Source: Amoebidium appalachense (taxonomy: Eukaryota > Protista > Ichthyosporea). From it: 64,000 bases of DNA. The position numbers and the translations under genes are program-made. This document shows, piece after piece, positions 1 to 20,951 of the stretch. How positions within the stretch are numbered: position 1 is the stretch's first letter; every line of letters begins with the position of its first letter. Location: assembly GCA_963693365.1 (NCBI GenBank), contig CAVNZM010000005.1, positions 10,086,334 to 10,150,333 of the forward strand, written 5' to 3'. The notes beneath the pieces are model-generated. The model did not search any database. It was not told the DNA's origin and saw nothing but the letters and a program-made list of their open reading frames with translations.

Positions 1-209
1 ACGCCTACAGTACACACGTACAGGTAAACACAAGCGCGCACACACGTACACTTAGACGTATATACACACGCATACTCGTACAGGTAAACGCAAGTACACA
101 CACATACACGTACAGGTAAACGCAAGTACACACACATACACGTCCATGTACACACACACACACACAATCACACATATACACACACATACACACACGTACA
201 CGTACATGT

Positions 210-246
<37 letters not shown>

Positions 247-308
247 TACACACACGTACACGTACATGTATACACACACACACATACATACACATACACA
301 CACGTACA

Positions 309-1063
309 TGAATTCTCCATAACCCAGCTGCAGCAGAACCTCAACTGCTCCAACTGCCGGCTGACTGCCCGCTCATCCGTCGTGCCGTCATCCGTGCAGC
401 TCGAACAGCACTCAGACTGCATGCCATTGGTCAAAAAATAACCATATATGGTCAGAAAATAGCCATATATGGAAGACATGGAAAAAAAAAAAAAAAAAAA
501 GAAAGAAACAACAGGATGTCTGCCACTCACTTGGAGGCCAGTTTTTCAGCACGTAATTGTGGCTTAGAGAGCTCCAATATAACGGCTCATCATTGATAGC
601 AGAAACAGTGTTGCAACAATCCTATAGAGTAGGATGAAAAACAACCATATATGGAAACAAGACAAAAGGAAACAGCATAATCCTGTATACGCAAATGAGT
701 AATTGACCATGTATCGAAAAGAACAGACGCAAAGACAGAATGTCATCATAAATCACGTAGCAAAACAGACATCTACTGCATAAGGACGAAGAAACTGTTG
801 ATCAGCAATGTTTTTATTCATTACACTAATAGTGTGATCACCCCGGGAGGAGGGGGGATGCGTGTGTGCGTGTGTGTGTGTGTTTTTTTTTGAAGGGGGG
901 GGAGGGGGGGGGGGGGGGGGGGGGGGGCAACCTAAAAAAAAAAAAGGAGAGGGGGAGCGACGGGGAGGTAGATAGGGAGAGAGAAAGGGGGTGGGGGCCA
1001 CTGGGGGGGGAGGGGGGGGGGGGGGGGGATGGGTGGGGTGGGGTGGGGTGGGGTGGGGTGGGG

Positions 1064-1144
<81 letters not shown>

Positions 1145-2456
1145 CACAGAGAGAGGGGAGGGAGGGGGGGAGGGAGGGGGGGGGGGGGGGGGGGGGGGAG
1201 GGGGGGGGACGTAGCAAGGAAATACATACAGCAAGGTCCTCGTGGGCAGTGCCCAGGGTGGCACGTGATATTCTCTGCAGGAGAGTCCTAAGGCTGTATT
1301 TCCTTTTTTGGGTGCCGGTGGCAAATAGTGGCAGAGAGGGAAGTGACAAAATCCCGAGACTCCCCTGCCGGACCGCCGCCACCGGCGCAAGAGGCACCGA
1401 CCCGAAAGCACACAGCGACCCGGATCGATCGACGGAGAGGGTCGAATCGGATCGGAATTTGGCCATTGGGATCGATCGGATTTGATCGGTTGGGTTGCGG
1501 GTGGAATGCATTTCGCCGCCTTGCATCAGGCGCTGCTCCGTGTCATTGAGAATTTCGTAAATTTGCTCCCGGATTCCCCGATCGATAATCCGCTTCTTGT
1601 TCAGGGCTGGTTGGGCGGGTGGACGGATGGGTGAGTGGGTGGGTAGGTTGGTAGAAAAGCGAGGGGGGGGGAGGGGGGGGGGGGGGGGGGGAGAAGGGGG
1701 AGGGATGGGGGGTGGGGGGAGAGAGAGAGAGGGGGGGGGGGGGGGGGGAAGATAGATGGAAGTACTGCATGATGGATTGTGTGACGTAATGGTTGGTTGG
1801 GATCTTTTGTGTGATGAGTCGTGGCCCCCTCCACATTCAAACACGAGGGGAGTTCTTCCCCAATCAAATATGACAGAGGCATTTCTCCATTAATTTAAAG
1901 TTATATGGTTCATGGGGCGCAGGGGGGAAGTAGAAAAGGAGGAGAGTAAACGACACATGAAAAGCAGAAAGAGAAGGACGGGACTTGAATGTATGCTACT
2001 AGTGTAGTAGCATGCTGCCCTCTTGATATGGAATGCACCCAGCAGCATCGACCAATCCGATAAACCGTATATAGTAATGACAATCCGATTAACCATGTAA
2101 GGCAATGACCAATCCAATTAACCATATAAGAGAATGACCAAATCCGATCAACCATATATGGAAATGGTCATACCTGATCGGGCAAATGCCTCGAGTGCAA
2201 TCAGAGCATAGAGTTGCAGCGCCGGCCGGGTGGTTTCCTCCAGACACTTGAGCAGGCAGTCAAGCGCTGAAATTTTGAAAAATAGTAATTAGTATATCTC
2301 AAGATATCCAAATATCTGATATAGCCACACCTACTTATGGGTTCGCGGACACAATGGCATACCCGTTGTCTGTCTTATGTTTTTACCGTCTGTTATACAT
2401 CATCCCTCTCAGCTTTATCAATCCCCCCCCCCCCCCCCCCCCCCCCCCCCCGACAA

Positions 2457-2490
<34 letters not shown>

Positions 2491-2632
2491 AAGAGCTCGC
2501 ACCTTGCACCATGTGTTGCACCATGGTGATGCTAACCCCGAAGAAGAAAGCAACACCCCTCCCAGAGTCCCTTATTCCCTTTTTCTTCCCATACACATAC
2601 CAGGTACACTTCAGCCACGTGGCACATGCACA

Positions 2633-2710
<78 letters not shown>

Positions 2711-3520
2711 ACCCCTCTCCGATAGCAGCTGCTCACTGATCTGGCCGACATACTTGAAGGCCAAAGCGTGGAAGATGAGACAGGCATTGAGCCGGGCATG
2801 ATCGCACGTTTCTGTTAGAAGTTAAAACATTATAAGTATGACTACCAGTGATATGATAAAACGAAAAATGGAACTGACAAGGATAATAAATCAAAACACA
2901 TTACCAATACGGAAGTGAATGGAAGTATTAGAATTATTTATCAATTGTTTAGGATTTCGGAACATTTTTTGCCAGCGTCAAACGGGATCTTGTGAACTTG
3001 CACGATATATACCCAATTCTTCTTACAAGACCAACATTTCAACGCAAAACACATGCCCAATGTATCATTCCCCCCCCCCTTTTCATCACCTCACCTCACC
3101 TCTTCCTACAATGTGGATCCAATAATACCACCACATGCAACTTCCAGCACGCCTCTAAATCAATTAACCATATCCGGTGAAAGCCCTTGTTGCACGTCAT
3201 TGCAACACAACCTCGACAATAATGCGCAATTGTTAACCCATTTCACCCATGAGTGCACACAGTACATACCGCTCATCAGTGCGTCGACAAGCTGCTCCGT
3301 CAAGGAAACAATGAGCTGTGGTGATGCAGGAGGTACCGGCAGCCAATACTGCACAAAACAGTTGATGAACACGTGGCTGAACAGGCCCGTACGGAGGCCG
3401 GTGAGGGCGGTAACGATAGAGAGCCACTGGTGGTCTGCGGGTGTATGTGTGAGTTATTAAATCAAAGGGTGTGGAGGAATGTGTACGTGTGTATGTGTAT
3501 GTGTACGTGTGTACGTGTTT

Positions 3521-3551
<31 letters not shown>

Positions 3552-3898
3552 GGAGGGGAAGGGGGGAGGAGGGAGGGGGGGTGGATGGTGGGGTATGTGT
3601 GTGAACAAGGGGTTGTGGGTGGAGGATGTGTGTTAGCGGCTGTGTGATTTGTTTGTGTTTTATATTTTTTATGTGCAGTGGATGGAGGAGCAGGAGAATC
3701 AGGGCAAATGACCAGGGAAAAGCCTGATCCCACAAGGGCGAAAGGGAAGATGCAAGAGATATGACTACCTGTATTTTTGAAAGAGGGGGGGGGGGGGGGG
3801 GGGGGGGGGAGGGGGGTTGGGGAGGTTTGTCGTGGCCGAGATGGTGTATGTGGAAACAAAAACAACCTGAAACATGGATGGGGACAAAATATGAAAGC

Positions 3899-3944
<46 letters not shown>

Positions 3945-4075
3945 AAAAAAATTCCAGACGTTACAGTGCTCAAACAAAACACGTTAATAAGCATGAACAT
4001 CGAGATAAACAGAAGTAGCGAGTTATCTTAGTTTTTTTTGCTTTTTTCTTTTTTCTTTCTTTACTTTTTTTTTTT

Positions 4076-4120
<45 letters not shown>

Positions 4121-4768
4121 GAGGGAGAGAGAAAGAGAAAGGGAAGGGGGGGGGGGGGGGGGAGGGGGGGGGGGGGGAGTCGCAGAGATGGTCCCAAGGG
4201 AAAGGCCTCGGGTATCAAGCATGAAAGGGCAGATAAAAAACTCTTCTGCAAAACACACGCTCAATATTTAAAATACTCATCCAAACTACTGGACCCCAAG
4301 CATACAAAACTATCACACTATAGTCTAGCCATGTTCACACAACCGCACCCGAGTGAGGAGGGGAGATCCGGTGGAGGCGTGCTGGTGGGGGGAGGGCAAG
4401 GGGGAACAAGGCTTTGGGGTATATGAAGGGAACCCAAAGGACACCGAATGAAGCCGGACAATGGATGAGATCACAAAAACACGTTAACCCCGTTTAATCC
4501 ACAATGCTAGCAAATACCACATGTAAACACTTTAATGTGAAATGGTTGCAGGCAGTAGTTTTATGTGCACACAGTACCCACCATCTTCCTCGGCGTGTTT
4601 AAACACCTGTGACGCTACAGTCCAATCACACTCCTTGTTCTGCAGCAACTTGACATGTTCAGCCGCCATCTGCATGAGCATTTGCAAGTAGTCCGTGCTG
4701 GATTTTTGGCTTGCGGTCCCCTGAATGCTAAAGACACCGGGCGATACCGCCCGTCTTGTGCGCAGCAT
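309..4768 (-). CDS. RSPRY1: RING finger and SPRY domain protein 1-like, 5' exons (gene runs off the left edge)
   Basis: Approximate exons 4768-4583, 3433-3269, 2811-2713, 2266-2174, 1606-1230, 632-531, 417-309 with GT/AG ends. Peptides [68 protein letters not shown] and [12 protein letters not shown] match, in order, recalled RSPRY1 segments (EGWLDVV, CLAEKLAGPASIGLL, LFALIALEKFAQ, VGFCAQWSLDN). SPRY and RING domains would lie outside the window. One junction needs a 1-nt correction. Confidence 0.72.
2049..2170. repeat. Degenerate ~28-bp minisatellite (GAC(C)AATCCGAT(T)AACCAT) in an RSPRY1-like intron
   Basis: About four imperfect copies directly after the donor at 2173. Confidence 0.7.
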
Positions 4769-6145
4769 TCTGTTGCAATTTTTGTAGGAATTCAGGAGTG
4801 AATGTGTGTGGATGGCTTACGTGGCTCACCTTTGTGCAAGAAGTTGGAATGAGTCAAAGGCTACAAATGACGAGCACCAGAAAAACACTTGCCAGCACGC
4901 AAACGAACAGCTGGAAAAACTACTAAGCTATATGTTGTTTTCTCTCTAAAGCTCAGGTGCTTCGTGTATTTCGTGCGTTATTTGGCTGCAAGCAAGCGTT
5001 TCTTTGTGAAAGGTAAAACACACAGAGTCGCAGCTCTAACAGCTGAAGTGACCTAAACCCTGCGAACCGTGGCACAACTGTACCGTGTCTTTGCCCATCG
5101 TACGCGCCTAAATGATGACTTACTTACTGGCTATATGGTAACTACAGTACGTGATCTGTTGGTATAGGATTTGTCATCCTTGCGGCGCAGGAGTCGTTTA
5201 ATCATTTTTAAAGAATTTTAAATCGCTATAGTGGGTTTTAACTTCACAGAACCAAATGCCGGCTGGCTTAAATCGAGGTATGAGCTTTATGCGGTGACCA
5301 ATCATATTCGCCTTTTCTAGTAAATAGGTCCAATAACAAAGCTGCAACGAACATCGGCTTCACTCAGCTGACACTTTATGACGGATTCCCACACGCCACA
5401 ATTGTATTCTCATTGCAAAAATATAGCAAAAGCAGGGCGTCCAAGTGCTGTAATTTTCTAATCGGTAAGTGAATTTATTGCTCCAGTTTCATAAAAGCAC
5501 TTCTCAATGTTCTCTCGTCAACTGCGTAGACCGTGGGACAGTGCATGACCGTGCATGCCACAGGGTAAGAAATGCATTCCAATACAGTCGTAAAAGTAAG
5601 CGTGATCTTTAGCGAATTGTTGTTTGCTTCTTGATCTTTTAATAGAGAAGGCAGCTCCTTTTACAAGTTTTCACCAATCATAACAGGTTACATAAAGCTT
5701 TGATGTCGGCAAACAATACGTGCGAGGCATGTATACTCCGTATGCGTAAACTATTCTGATTCGCCCTCGTCTGCTCCAATCGCGTTCACCCAGTGCTTTC
5801 CTTCCAAATTCCTCATCATTAGGTACAAAAATAGCTCGGAACCAAAGTTTTACCCACGTGCACCCCGCTATAATCATGGGTACTACTGAAACGTGCACGG
5901 GCCCCTCCACACATGCACAACTCAGGTGTTGTGAATATAATATTTTTACGGACGCTAGCATGCAAATGGTGACATGTTGTGGGTGATGGCGGTGGTATGA
6001 CTTGTTGCGCTTACTGCCGCGGCGGAGCTCGAGGCTCGGAATGACCATATATTCCGGCACACATGCGTCACGTGCCGGCAGTGGCACGATTTTCCGCGCA
6101 CGTGCAGTGTGCACCAGCACATTTGCAACCATTGTCACTAGGCCA

Positions 6146-6229
6146 ACTCATGCGCACAGTGTAATGCATCAGCAACGGCAACACCGAACTCATGCGCACA
6201 GTGTAATGCATCAGCAACGGCAACACCGA
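6146..6229. repeat. 42-bp tandem duplication
   Basis: AACTCATGCGCACAGTGTAATGCATCAGCAACGGCAACACCG occurs twice in tandem. Confidence 0.9.
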
Positions 6230-6663
6230 TTGTATTCCTAACTCCGAGCAAACGTAAATCCACAGGTACATTTCTCTCACTCCATGTCTGCCACTGACGT
6301 CGACGGCTATGCGCAATGCGCATGCATATATATCCCTGCAGCATTCGCCGATTCCCCAAATCCCCGGGAATTGGCTCCCTCCCTCCCTTCCTCCCCTTCC
6401 TCCCTTCCTCCCCCCCCCCCCCCACCACCACCACCACCCACCCACCCACCCCAACACTCCCCACCCCCACCCGGTGCACCCCCTCCACCAACCCCGCCCC
6501 CCCCCCCCCCCAAAAAAGAAAACCAAAAAAAAACATCACACAGTGATGTGCACAGTGTCACACACACCGTGACACACACACACAGTTACCAGTGTGGCAC
6601 ACGTACACACACAACACGTGCAGAGTGTCACGCACACCTCGCACACACACACATACACGCACG

Positions 6664-6704
<41 letters not shown>

Positions 6705-7768
6705 ACGCACGCGCACGCGCACGCACATGCACACGCACACACACACACACACAGTGCCACATGTATGTATGTATGCACACCCAGCCACCAACACCGTAAA
6801 TACGGCCGCACGCACGCACGCACACACACACACACACACACACCCACCCACCCACCCACACACCCACGCACACACACACACACACACAACACGCCCACCC
6901 ACCCCCACCCCCACCCCCACCCACCCACCCACCCACACACACACAAACACACTTTGTCATACAAACACATGCCATTATAGGCAAGCAGATCCGATTTCTT
7001 ATAAGAGATTTTATTTCTTTGCCGGGGATCCGGCGCAGTGTGCACTGTCCAATCACAAATTCCAATCATAAAGTCGTAAAGCGCCCTCCGCCCAGCAGAG
7101 CCTATCCACCTGGTACCTGAGTGCTTTTCGAAACTACACAATCTGAAACCCCCCGCACCCCCCTCCCCCTCCCTTCACCCCCCCTCCCCCCCCCCCCCCC
7201 CCCCCAAAAAAAAACACCCCTTTTCTTAGATTTTCTTATGATTAGCCCAAGCAACCCCCTCCCCCCCTTTCCCATTTATGGAAAGAGATAACAAAAACTA
7301 TTAAGTATGTAAATGCCTTGTTACACGGTGGATTAAGTCTTGCGGAAGAAAAGTCTATTCGTGCATCACATACTTCGATTTTTGGCGATGCCAGTACCAA
7401 CACTAACCAAATCGAAACACAAACACCCACAAAAAGTTTATAATTAACTGTTTGAGCAACGTTATTCATATCAGCCATCGCGAAACATTTTCATGCAAAC
7501 ACGGAAACATAATGGGTAAGGCAAATACAATACAGACAACGAACTTCAAGCAGAAACCTAGAAAAACCGACGACACATCATAAACAAAACCAACAAATAT
7601 GGGGAAAAAAAAAAAAAAAAAGAGCGGAAATCTGCCCAACCAATCAAAAGGGCGAGGAGGAGGGGGAGGAAGAGGGTGGTGGTGGTGGGGGGGGGGGGGG
7701 GGGGGGGCTCATGTTTCAAGCTGACCGAAAAATGAGTACAAACCCCCCTCCCGCGTAATTTCTGCCCT

Positions 7769-13916
<6,148 letters not shown>

Positions 13917-14583
13917 CTTGTATAATTGCAGGCCGCTGACGCAGCGGCACAAAAACAAATTCTGGCTAACTTTCTATACTAAATAAACTAATCACATGTA
14001 TACTAAAGACATTGACTGCTTTTTCTCTTTCTGTTTTTGTCGCTCTTCGAACTGTGCCGGATCCTGACCCGCCAGCTATTTCAAGCCATCTCGTAATCGG
14101 GTCAGACGATTCGAGTCGAACCTTTTTCCGGCTGCAGCCGAACAAATCCCGCCTGGCGGATAAGGCCATGATGCAATTATCGTTCAGTTATGGTACAGAT
14201 TTAACCAATGAGATCAAGCATAAAGGAAGTCAATCGAACAATCCCAATAATCGGGACACGGTGTGCTAACCGTTAGCTAAGCTGATATGCTGTGGTCGGC
14301 ATGGAGAGAGAATTCGAAAGATGTTTTCCTGGGCAATGTACATTTTTTTTAATGAAGTTCTTCTAGTTTTGGCAAGACTATAGTACGCTGGCATATTGTG
14401 AAGGTAACAAAGCTATGCTTTAGATTCCGCATCGGTGGATCAGAATACCTGCAGCGTGCAGGTCTGATACAGACAAGTAGAGCGTGGTAAAACCTTTTCT
14501 CAGTGCTCAGCTAATTTCCTTACCAGATTATATAAATGTGCTATAACTTTTTTGCGAGTCCTGCTACATTTTAGTAAACAAAA
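13917..14583. promoter_or_regulatory. Probable bidirectional promoter between EMC3 and GTPBP8
   Basis: ~670 bp free of microsatellites between divergent start codons, with CCAAT motifs near 14205 and 14243. Confidence 0.55.
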
Positions 14584-15053
14584 ATGCACATTCTTACAGT
14601 GATTGCCTATGTAAAGCAACCCTACCTGACTAAGCAAGCATCCTTTGGAACAAGCATCAGACTGTTTCATCTCACACCTTCCCTTTGTGCCAGAAAACGA
14701 GCAACCACTTCAAACCCCGGTATTTTCCCGTCCATGCACAAACACACTCATGTATTAGACGCCATTCATCCCCTCCGCCCTGACTTCTCGCTGTTTCTTC
14801 GACATCCTTCCAAAACCCACCATCCCCACCACTCCCGTTCCCACTCTCTCATTTTTTCAAAAACTGCAGAGCTTTTTTTTCTGCATGGTCTTCTGCTCTT
14901 AGCGGATCCCTCGTTCATCTGACTTTCAACCCCTCCCCTCTTCCGTTTTCCCCCCTCCCTCCTCCCCCCCTCCCCCCCCCCCCCCCCGCTCCCTCTTCCC
15001 CCCCCCCCCCCCCCCTCCCCCTCCCTCCCCCCCCCCCCCCCCCCCTTCCTCTT

Positions 15054-15085
<32 letters not shown>

Positions 15086-15693
15086 TCCCTCCCCCGTCTG
15101 GCTTCAACTCTCATCCTGCCTTGTTGCCCCCACCACCACTCCCACTTTGCAGGCGCAGCGCTTCCCTAGCGTTAACGCACATTGAATGTGTTTTTGTTGT
15201 ATGAATGATTTCAAGCCCTCGCACATTATCAGCCCGAATCTACAAAGTTATGGCTCTCTCACCTTTTCCTCTTCGTCCTCCTAGTTTGGTTTTTAGTTAT
15301 TTCCTGCTTTGCTCTTTCACCCCTATCCGTCTTTTACCAGCCGCTACTCCTGTTTGACACAGAAACATGCATGACTTTGAACAAGATTTTGCTCGTGCCT
15401 CTTCGCAGGCACACACAGTGCGGCCTTCACTCACCGCGCGTACACCCTAGCTCTGACACACCCCTCCGCCTCCACTCCCTCCCCCCCCCCACACACAAAA
15501 CACACACGGATGCAGTCGTTGACGACGAAATCGATAATCGAGAACATGCCTCTCCCCAAATCCAGCAGACACCACCCAGCAGCCACAGTGCGCAAGCACA
15601 AGTGGACGCTCCAAAGCTTAGTGCTCGGTAAGAAACTAAGGTGTTTTCGTAGATCAATTGTTGCGAAGGGGCAGGGCCGGGCCGGGGGGGGAA

Positions 15694-15736
<43 letters not shown>

Positions 15737-16039
15737 GGGAACACCTGGGAAGGCGTGAGCAGTTTTTTGGGATTGAAAGGGTTCTTTTATTTGTTTATTA
15801 TTTATTTAGGGTTTACTTGTTTGCTTATTTATTTATTGATTGATTTACTTGTTTATTTACCTATTCTTTGTTCGTTTATTTATCTATTTATTCATTATTT
15901 ATTCAATATTTATTTATTCATTTATTTATCTTCCCATCGATGGCCGCTCCGGCCCTTCACTGTGTCTGTTACCTGCGGATGACCTTTGATTTCTAACTCC
16001 GGCAACGGTTTTTTTTCTTCTTTTTTTCTTTTTTTTTTG

Positions 16040-16074
<35 letters not shown>

Positions 16075-16302
16075 GGAAATGCCTTTGTATCCACGTTCTA
16101 AAAACTAACTCCTTTTGCATACATTATCCCCTGCCCACTCACCCACCTACCCATCACTGCCAGTACCACTTTGATACATAAGCAATGTTTCACACGGATG
16201 CACGCACACAGACACACACACACACTCACTCACTCACTCACTCACTCACTCACTCACTCACTCACTCACTCAATCAATCACCTACTCACTCACTCACGCA
16301 CG

Positions 16303-16376
<74 letters not shown>

Positions 16377-16423
16377 AACTCACCCACACACACACACACT
16401 CACCCCCCTGTCCCCACCCATCC

Positions 16424-16482
<59 letters not shown>

Positions 16483-16891
16483 ACACACAGGCAGGCTGCA
16501 TTAAGTTTAGACCAACGTTCCATTCAGCAAAGCATCTTTGCCCCCACCTCCCAGCAGCTCACGGAAGCCAACCGAATATTCCAGCAGCAGTGCAGTTTTG
16601 TGACGTCAGCAACGGCATCATCTAACCTTCCAGAACAATCCATGGCTGAGGTTGGGGGCATTCTCTCTGCTTTTTATGCTTTCCCCCTGATGGGTTTTTG
16701 CGCAAAAAAAATGTGGTGGAGAACAGCCGAGTCCCCCCTCCCTTCCCCCCCCCCCCCACTCCCCCTCTCTCCATCCACTTGTTGTTTGGAGATGTTGTCA
16801 ATCGTGTCCTATGTTTGTGTGGGTGGGTGGGTGGGTGGGTGGGTGGGTGTGTATGTGTGTGTCATGAGCATCAAGAAGAGTGAAAGGCTTT

Positions 16892-16935
<44 letters not shown>

Positions 16936-17354
16936 GCTACGCGTGCACCATGCCATGAGAGCAGATTATTTTTTATTTTTTACCCTCCGCTTCTCCCCCC
17001 TTTCTCTCCTTACACTTTCTCTCTTTCTCTCCCTTCCCCTTCCACCTTGCTCTCCCCCCCTTCTCACCCCCTCCCCCCCTGCCATTCTCCCTTTTAGGCA
17101 CAACCACACACACCCCCGTACACATACACGTACACACACACACACACGCGCGCGCGCGCGCGTGCGCGCGCGCGCGCGCGCGTGCATGCGCGCACCCGTA
17201 CACGTACACACACGCACATACTCACACGTACACGCACAGTTTGCATTTATGGGCCGCAGCAATGTGGGCAAGTCGAGCCTTCTGAATGCTCTCATGCGCA
17301 CAGATATTGTGCGGACTTCGAAAAAAGCCGGTAAGATATACCCTCCACCGTCCC

Positions 17355-17402
<48 letters not shown>

Positions 17403-17551
17403 ACACACACACCCACACTCATCATCTCCTCTTACTCCTCCCCCCCCCCCCCCCCCCCCCCTCCCTCCCCCTTCCCCCCCATTTGATCTGGGTTTGGTCG
17501 ACAAGGTGAATGGGTCGAAACTCGGGTACCATGGGTGATTGGGTGATTTGC

Positions 17552-17583
<32 letters not shown>

Positions 17584-18443
17584 CTTCGGGAGGACGGGCT
17601 CTGTTTATTATAATACTCCCTATGTGTTCTTTGCAATCTGGATCGTGGTGTCCGCCTCACGTATGTGCTTCATGCTCTGTAATGCTTCATAACCCTCCCC
17701 CCCCCCCCCTCCCCCCCTCCCCCCCCCTCCCCCTCCCCCCCCCCCCCCCCCCCCCCCCTCAATCGGAGATTTGCCGTTCTTGATGTCTTTGAACATTTTC
17801 GCAGCTCACAGCCCACATCCTTTCTCCACTCGTGCTTCCTTTACCCATCTTGCAAATTCACTTCGAATTCATAAACTCTTCACCCGAATTCCACCGAATA
17901 TCTCTCTATCTTCTCCCCTAATCCCAAACCACTCTGATTTTCAAACCTCTATGCACAACAGCAACCTTATTAGCCTAAATTTTCAGCCTGGGCCAGCGGC
18001 GCGCGCAAAACACTACACGATCACGATTGATTACCTCATCGTAATGGACTGCGCATTTTAGACTACAGGATTCTTCGAAATTTTCGACCGCCACCAGCGG
18101 CGAATAAAAAACCTTATAGCCTAATAAAAAACCTCATAGCCTACAATGCGTAGACCATCACAAACGTCATTTTCGATCTGATTTAAGTTAGTCTGTGCGA
18201 GCCGCTGGATGGGGCAGAGATTTGGGGCTAAACCATATCCCCATGTACACTTCCTGAACCATTTCCCCTCCTTTTCGTTTTCTCTTACAGGGCCACACCA
18301 AGATGATGAACATGTTTCGTGTTGGCGGTGCCGAACTGATGCTTGTAGATCTACCTGGTTATGGTTTCCGGTCACGGGAGGAGTGGATGGACGCAATGGG
18401 AGACTACTTTAATTCTAGGAACATGTACGTTCCTATCCCCCCC

Positions 18444-18474
<31 letters not shown>

Positions 18475-19116
18475 AAAAATAATAATAATAATAATAATAA
18501 TAAAATATAAACACCGAACCCCCAACCCGTTGCTCGTCCTCCTGGCTCTGCCTGCATGCACGTGCACGCTTACTGAAGGGGGAGCGTATACAATGGACTT
18601 GCACACACACGGTGAGGTGTGGGTGGGTGGGTGTCCGCACAGGTGCACATGCGCACGCGGGCACACACGCACACACGCACACACACACAGACACACACAG
18701 ATACACAAGCACTCAGACGAACACACACGCTTGCATCTATGAGATGTGTGCACGTGCAGCCGACATTGCTACACAAATGTTCCAATACGTAAAGATCCCA
18801 CACACAGTACACTCAGACTCTGGCTTATCCGCACCTTTCCCATGTTCCCATCAAAAAAGCACCTGTGTTTTACGCATGTCCCTGCTCTAGATGCTGTTGG
18901 TATGAGATTAAGAAGTTGCACATCGTGTTTATCACACATATTCACATGCACAAACTCGAGCACACACATACACGACCACACTCGATCACTTGTTCACTCA
19001 ACTAACCCCATTCGCACATGTATACACACCTGTCGAAGACACATGTAACACAAACACCCACGTGTATGTGCCTACAAAAACGCACATGGACGCACGCGTG
19101 CGCGCGCACACACACA

Positions 19117-19205
<89 letters not shown>

Positions 19206-19334
19206 AGTCACCATCTCATGCGCGTGTGCCTCTTGGTGGATTGTGGCCACGGGTTGAAGTCCAGCGATAAGGAGGCGATTCAAATGCTCGATGATGACCG
19301 GATACCATACCAGGTGTGTACCGTGTGTGTGTGT

Positions 19335-19368
<34 letters not shown>

Positions 19369-19673
19369 CTGCCTGTGTGTGCGTCTGTCTGTGTGTGAGT
19401 GTGTTTGCATGTTGTTGGGAAGGTGGGGGAGGAAGTGGGTATTGGTAAAGCTTGTGTGTTATTGGGCTGTTTTAGGTGAAATTAAGTCATTTGGGCACAT
19501 GATGCCTTACAAACATGTGTCACGCACACTTGCATCACACATCACATGTACATGCATGCACCATACAACGAACACGCAGACGCAGAGGATGTGGTATGCA
19601 CACTTCATGTGCACAGGAGCATATTCACAACACACGCATGGACACACAAGGTGTATGTATCATACACATGCGC

Positions 19674-19730
<57 letters not shown>

Positions 19731-20464
19731 CACACACTTACACACTCACTCGCTCGCTCACTCACTCACTCACTCACACGTACACACGTTAACACACATA
19801 CACACACGTACACCTACATGTACACGTACACGTACAGATCATCCTAACCAAAATCGACCGTGTGAGTCCCACCCGCCTCGTGCAAGCATACACGGACATC
19901 AGCAACTACACACACACACACACACACGCACACACACACGCACACACACACACACACACACACACGTACACGTACACATACACGTACACACGTACACACA
20001 CGTACACACGCACGCACGTACACACGTACACCTACACGCACACGTACACATACAGATCATCCTAACCAAGATCGACCGTGTGAGTCCCACCCGCATTGTG
20101 CAGGCATACACGGACATCAGCAACTACATTCTTGCACACACCAGCACGTGTTTCCTACGACCGTTTCCAGTTTCATCAAAGTCAGGCATGGGTATTCCTC
20201 AACTACGAGCTTATCTTTTTCATGGTAGCTATCTCTCCCCTGATTCCCCTCCTCCCCCTCCCCCCCCCCCCCCCCCCCCCCCTCAACCTTCCACCCCCCA
20301 TCACTTCCCCCCCTCCCCCCCCCCCCCCCCCCCCTCCCCCGCCCAATCCTCCCACTCACACACGCTTCACGAACCTACAGACGCGCCCACACAGACGCAC
20401 ACAGCACTGCGTTCTCTCTCTGTGTGTACTTCTCTCTCTCATCTCTCTCTCTCTCTCTCTCTCG

Positions 20465-20533
<69 letters not shown>

Positions 20534-20645
20534 CCCCCCCCCCCTCCAAAAAAAGGACCCTCCCGTGTGGTATCTGCATACCCCACCTCTTTCTACATCA
20601 TATCGCCACCCTTATGTCCTAGGTGTGGGTTCCACACAGACATAA
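14584..20645 (+). CDS. GTPBP8: EngB/YihA-family GTPase (GTPBP8-like) with probable mitochondrial presequence
   Basis: Approximate exons 14584-14719, 15516-15627, 16490-16650, 17240-17330, 18291-18424, 19208-19313, 20056-20224, 20623-20645. Motifs: G1 FMGRSNVGKSSLLNAL, G2 SKKPGHTK (needs A6 read as A5 at 17321), G3 VDLPGYGF, G4 LTKID, G5 VSSKSG. The N-terminus is basic and Ser/Thr-rich. Confidence 0.9.
17481..17694 (+). mobile_element. Repeat family A, diverged 3' half (GTPBP8 intron)
   Basis: Contains AGGTGAATGGGTCGAAACTCGGGTAC and GAGGACGGGCTCTGTTTATTAT. The internal C7 run is replaced by ~C30. Confidence 0.75.
19838..19909 (+). repeat. Upstream duplicate of acceptor plus first 24 codons of a GTPBP8 exon
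   Basis: TACAG|IILTKIDRVSPTRLVQAYTDISNY followed by (CA)n. The true exon starts at 20056. Confidence 0.9.
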
Positions 20646-20919
20646 TCACACCCATGTGTACTCATGCTTATCATCTTCCCGCATCGAATCAATCACTTAC
20701 CACCATATTCCCATTTTACTCCTGCTAGTTATTGAAAAAAAAAAAAGAGAGAGAAAGAAAAAATTGATCGAAGAACGGTAGCCCTTGACACGTTTATTGT
20801 ATTAGGAACGACCATCAAAGGGGTTTGTGCGTTGTCGACACCGAACCTCAGTTACCAGGCAAATAGATGGTAGGAGGGTGCACCTACACTAGTTGTTGCC
20901 TGGTGAAGTGGAAGCCCTG

Positions 20920-20951
<32 letters not shown>

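Noticed and set aside
700-800. F-box-like peptide within the RSPRY1-like locus
   Set aside because: It has no clean splice support and the flanking exons join without it.
4180-4250. Extra RSPRY1 exon ([10 protein letters not shown]) lacking a GT donor
   Set aside because: Exon 4768-4583 splices in phase directly to 3433-3269, which supplies the homologous segment, so the resemblance is probably chance.
17321-17330. Programmed frameshift in GTPBP8 at an A6 run
   Set aside because: Removing one A restores SKKPGHTK. A homopolymer consensus error is simpler, and similar indels occur elsewhere in the window.
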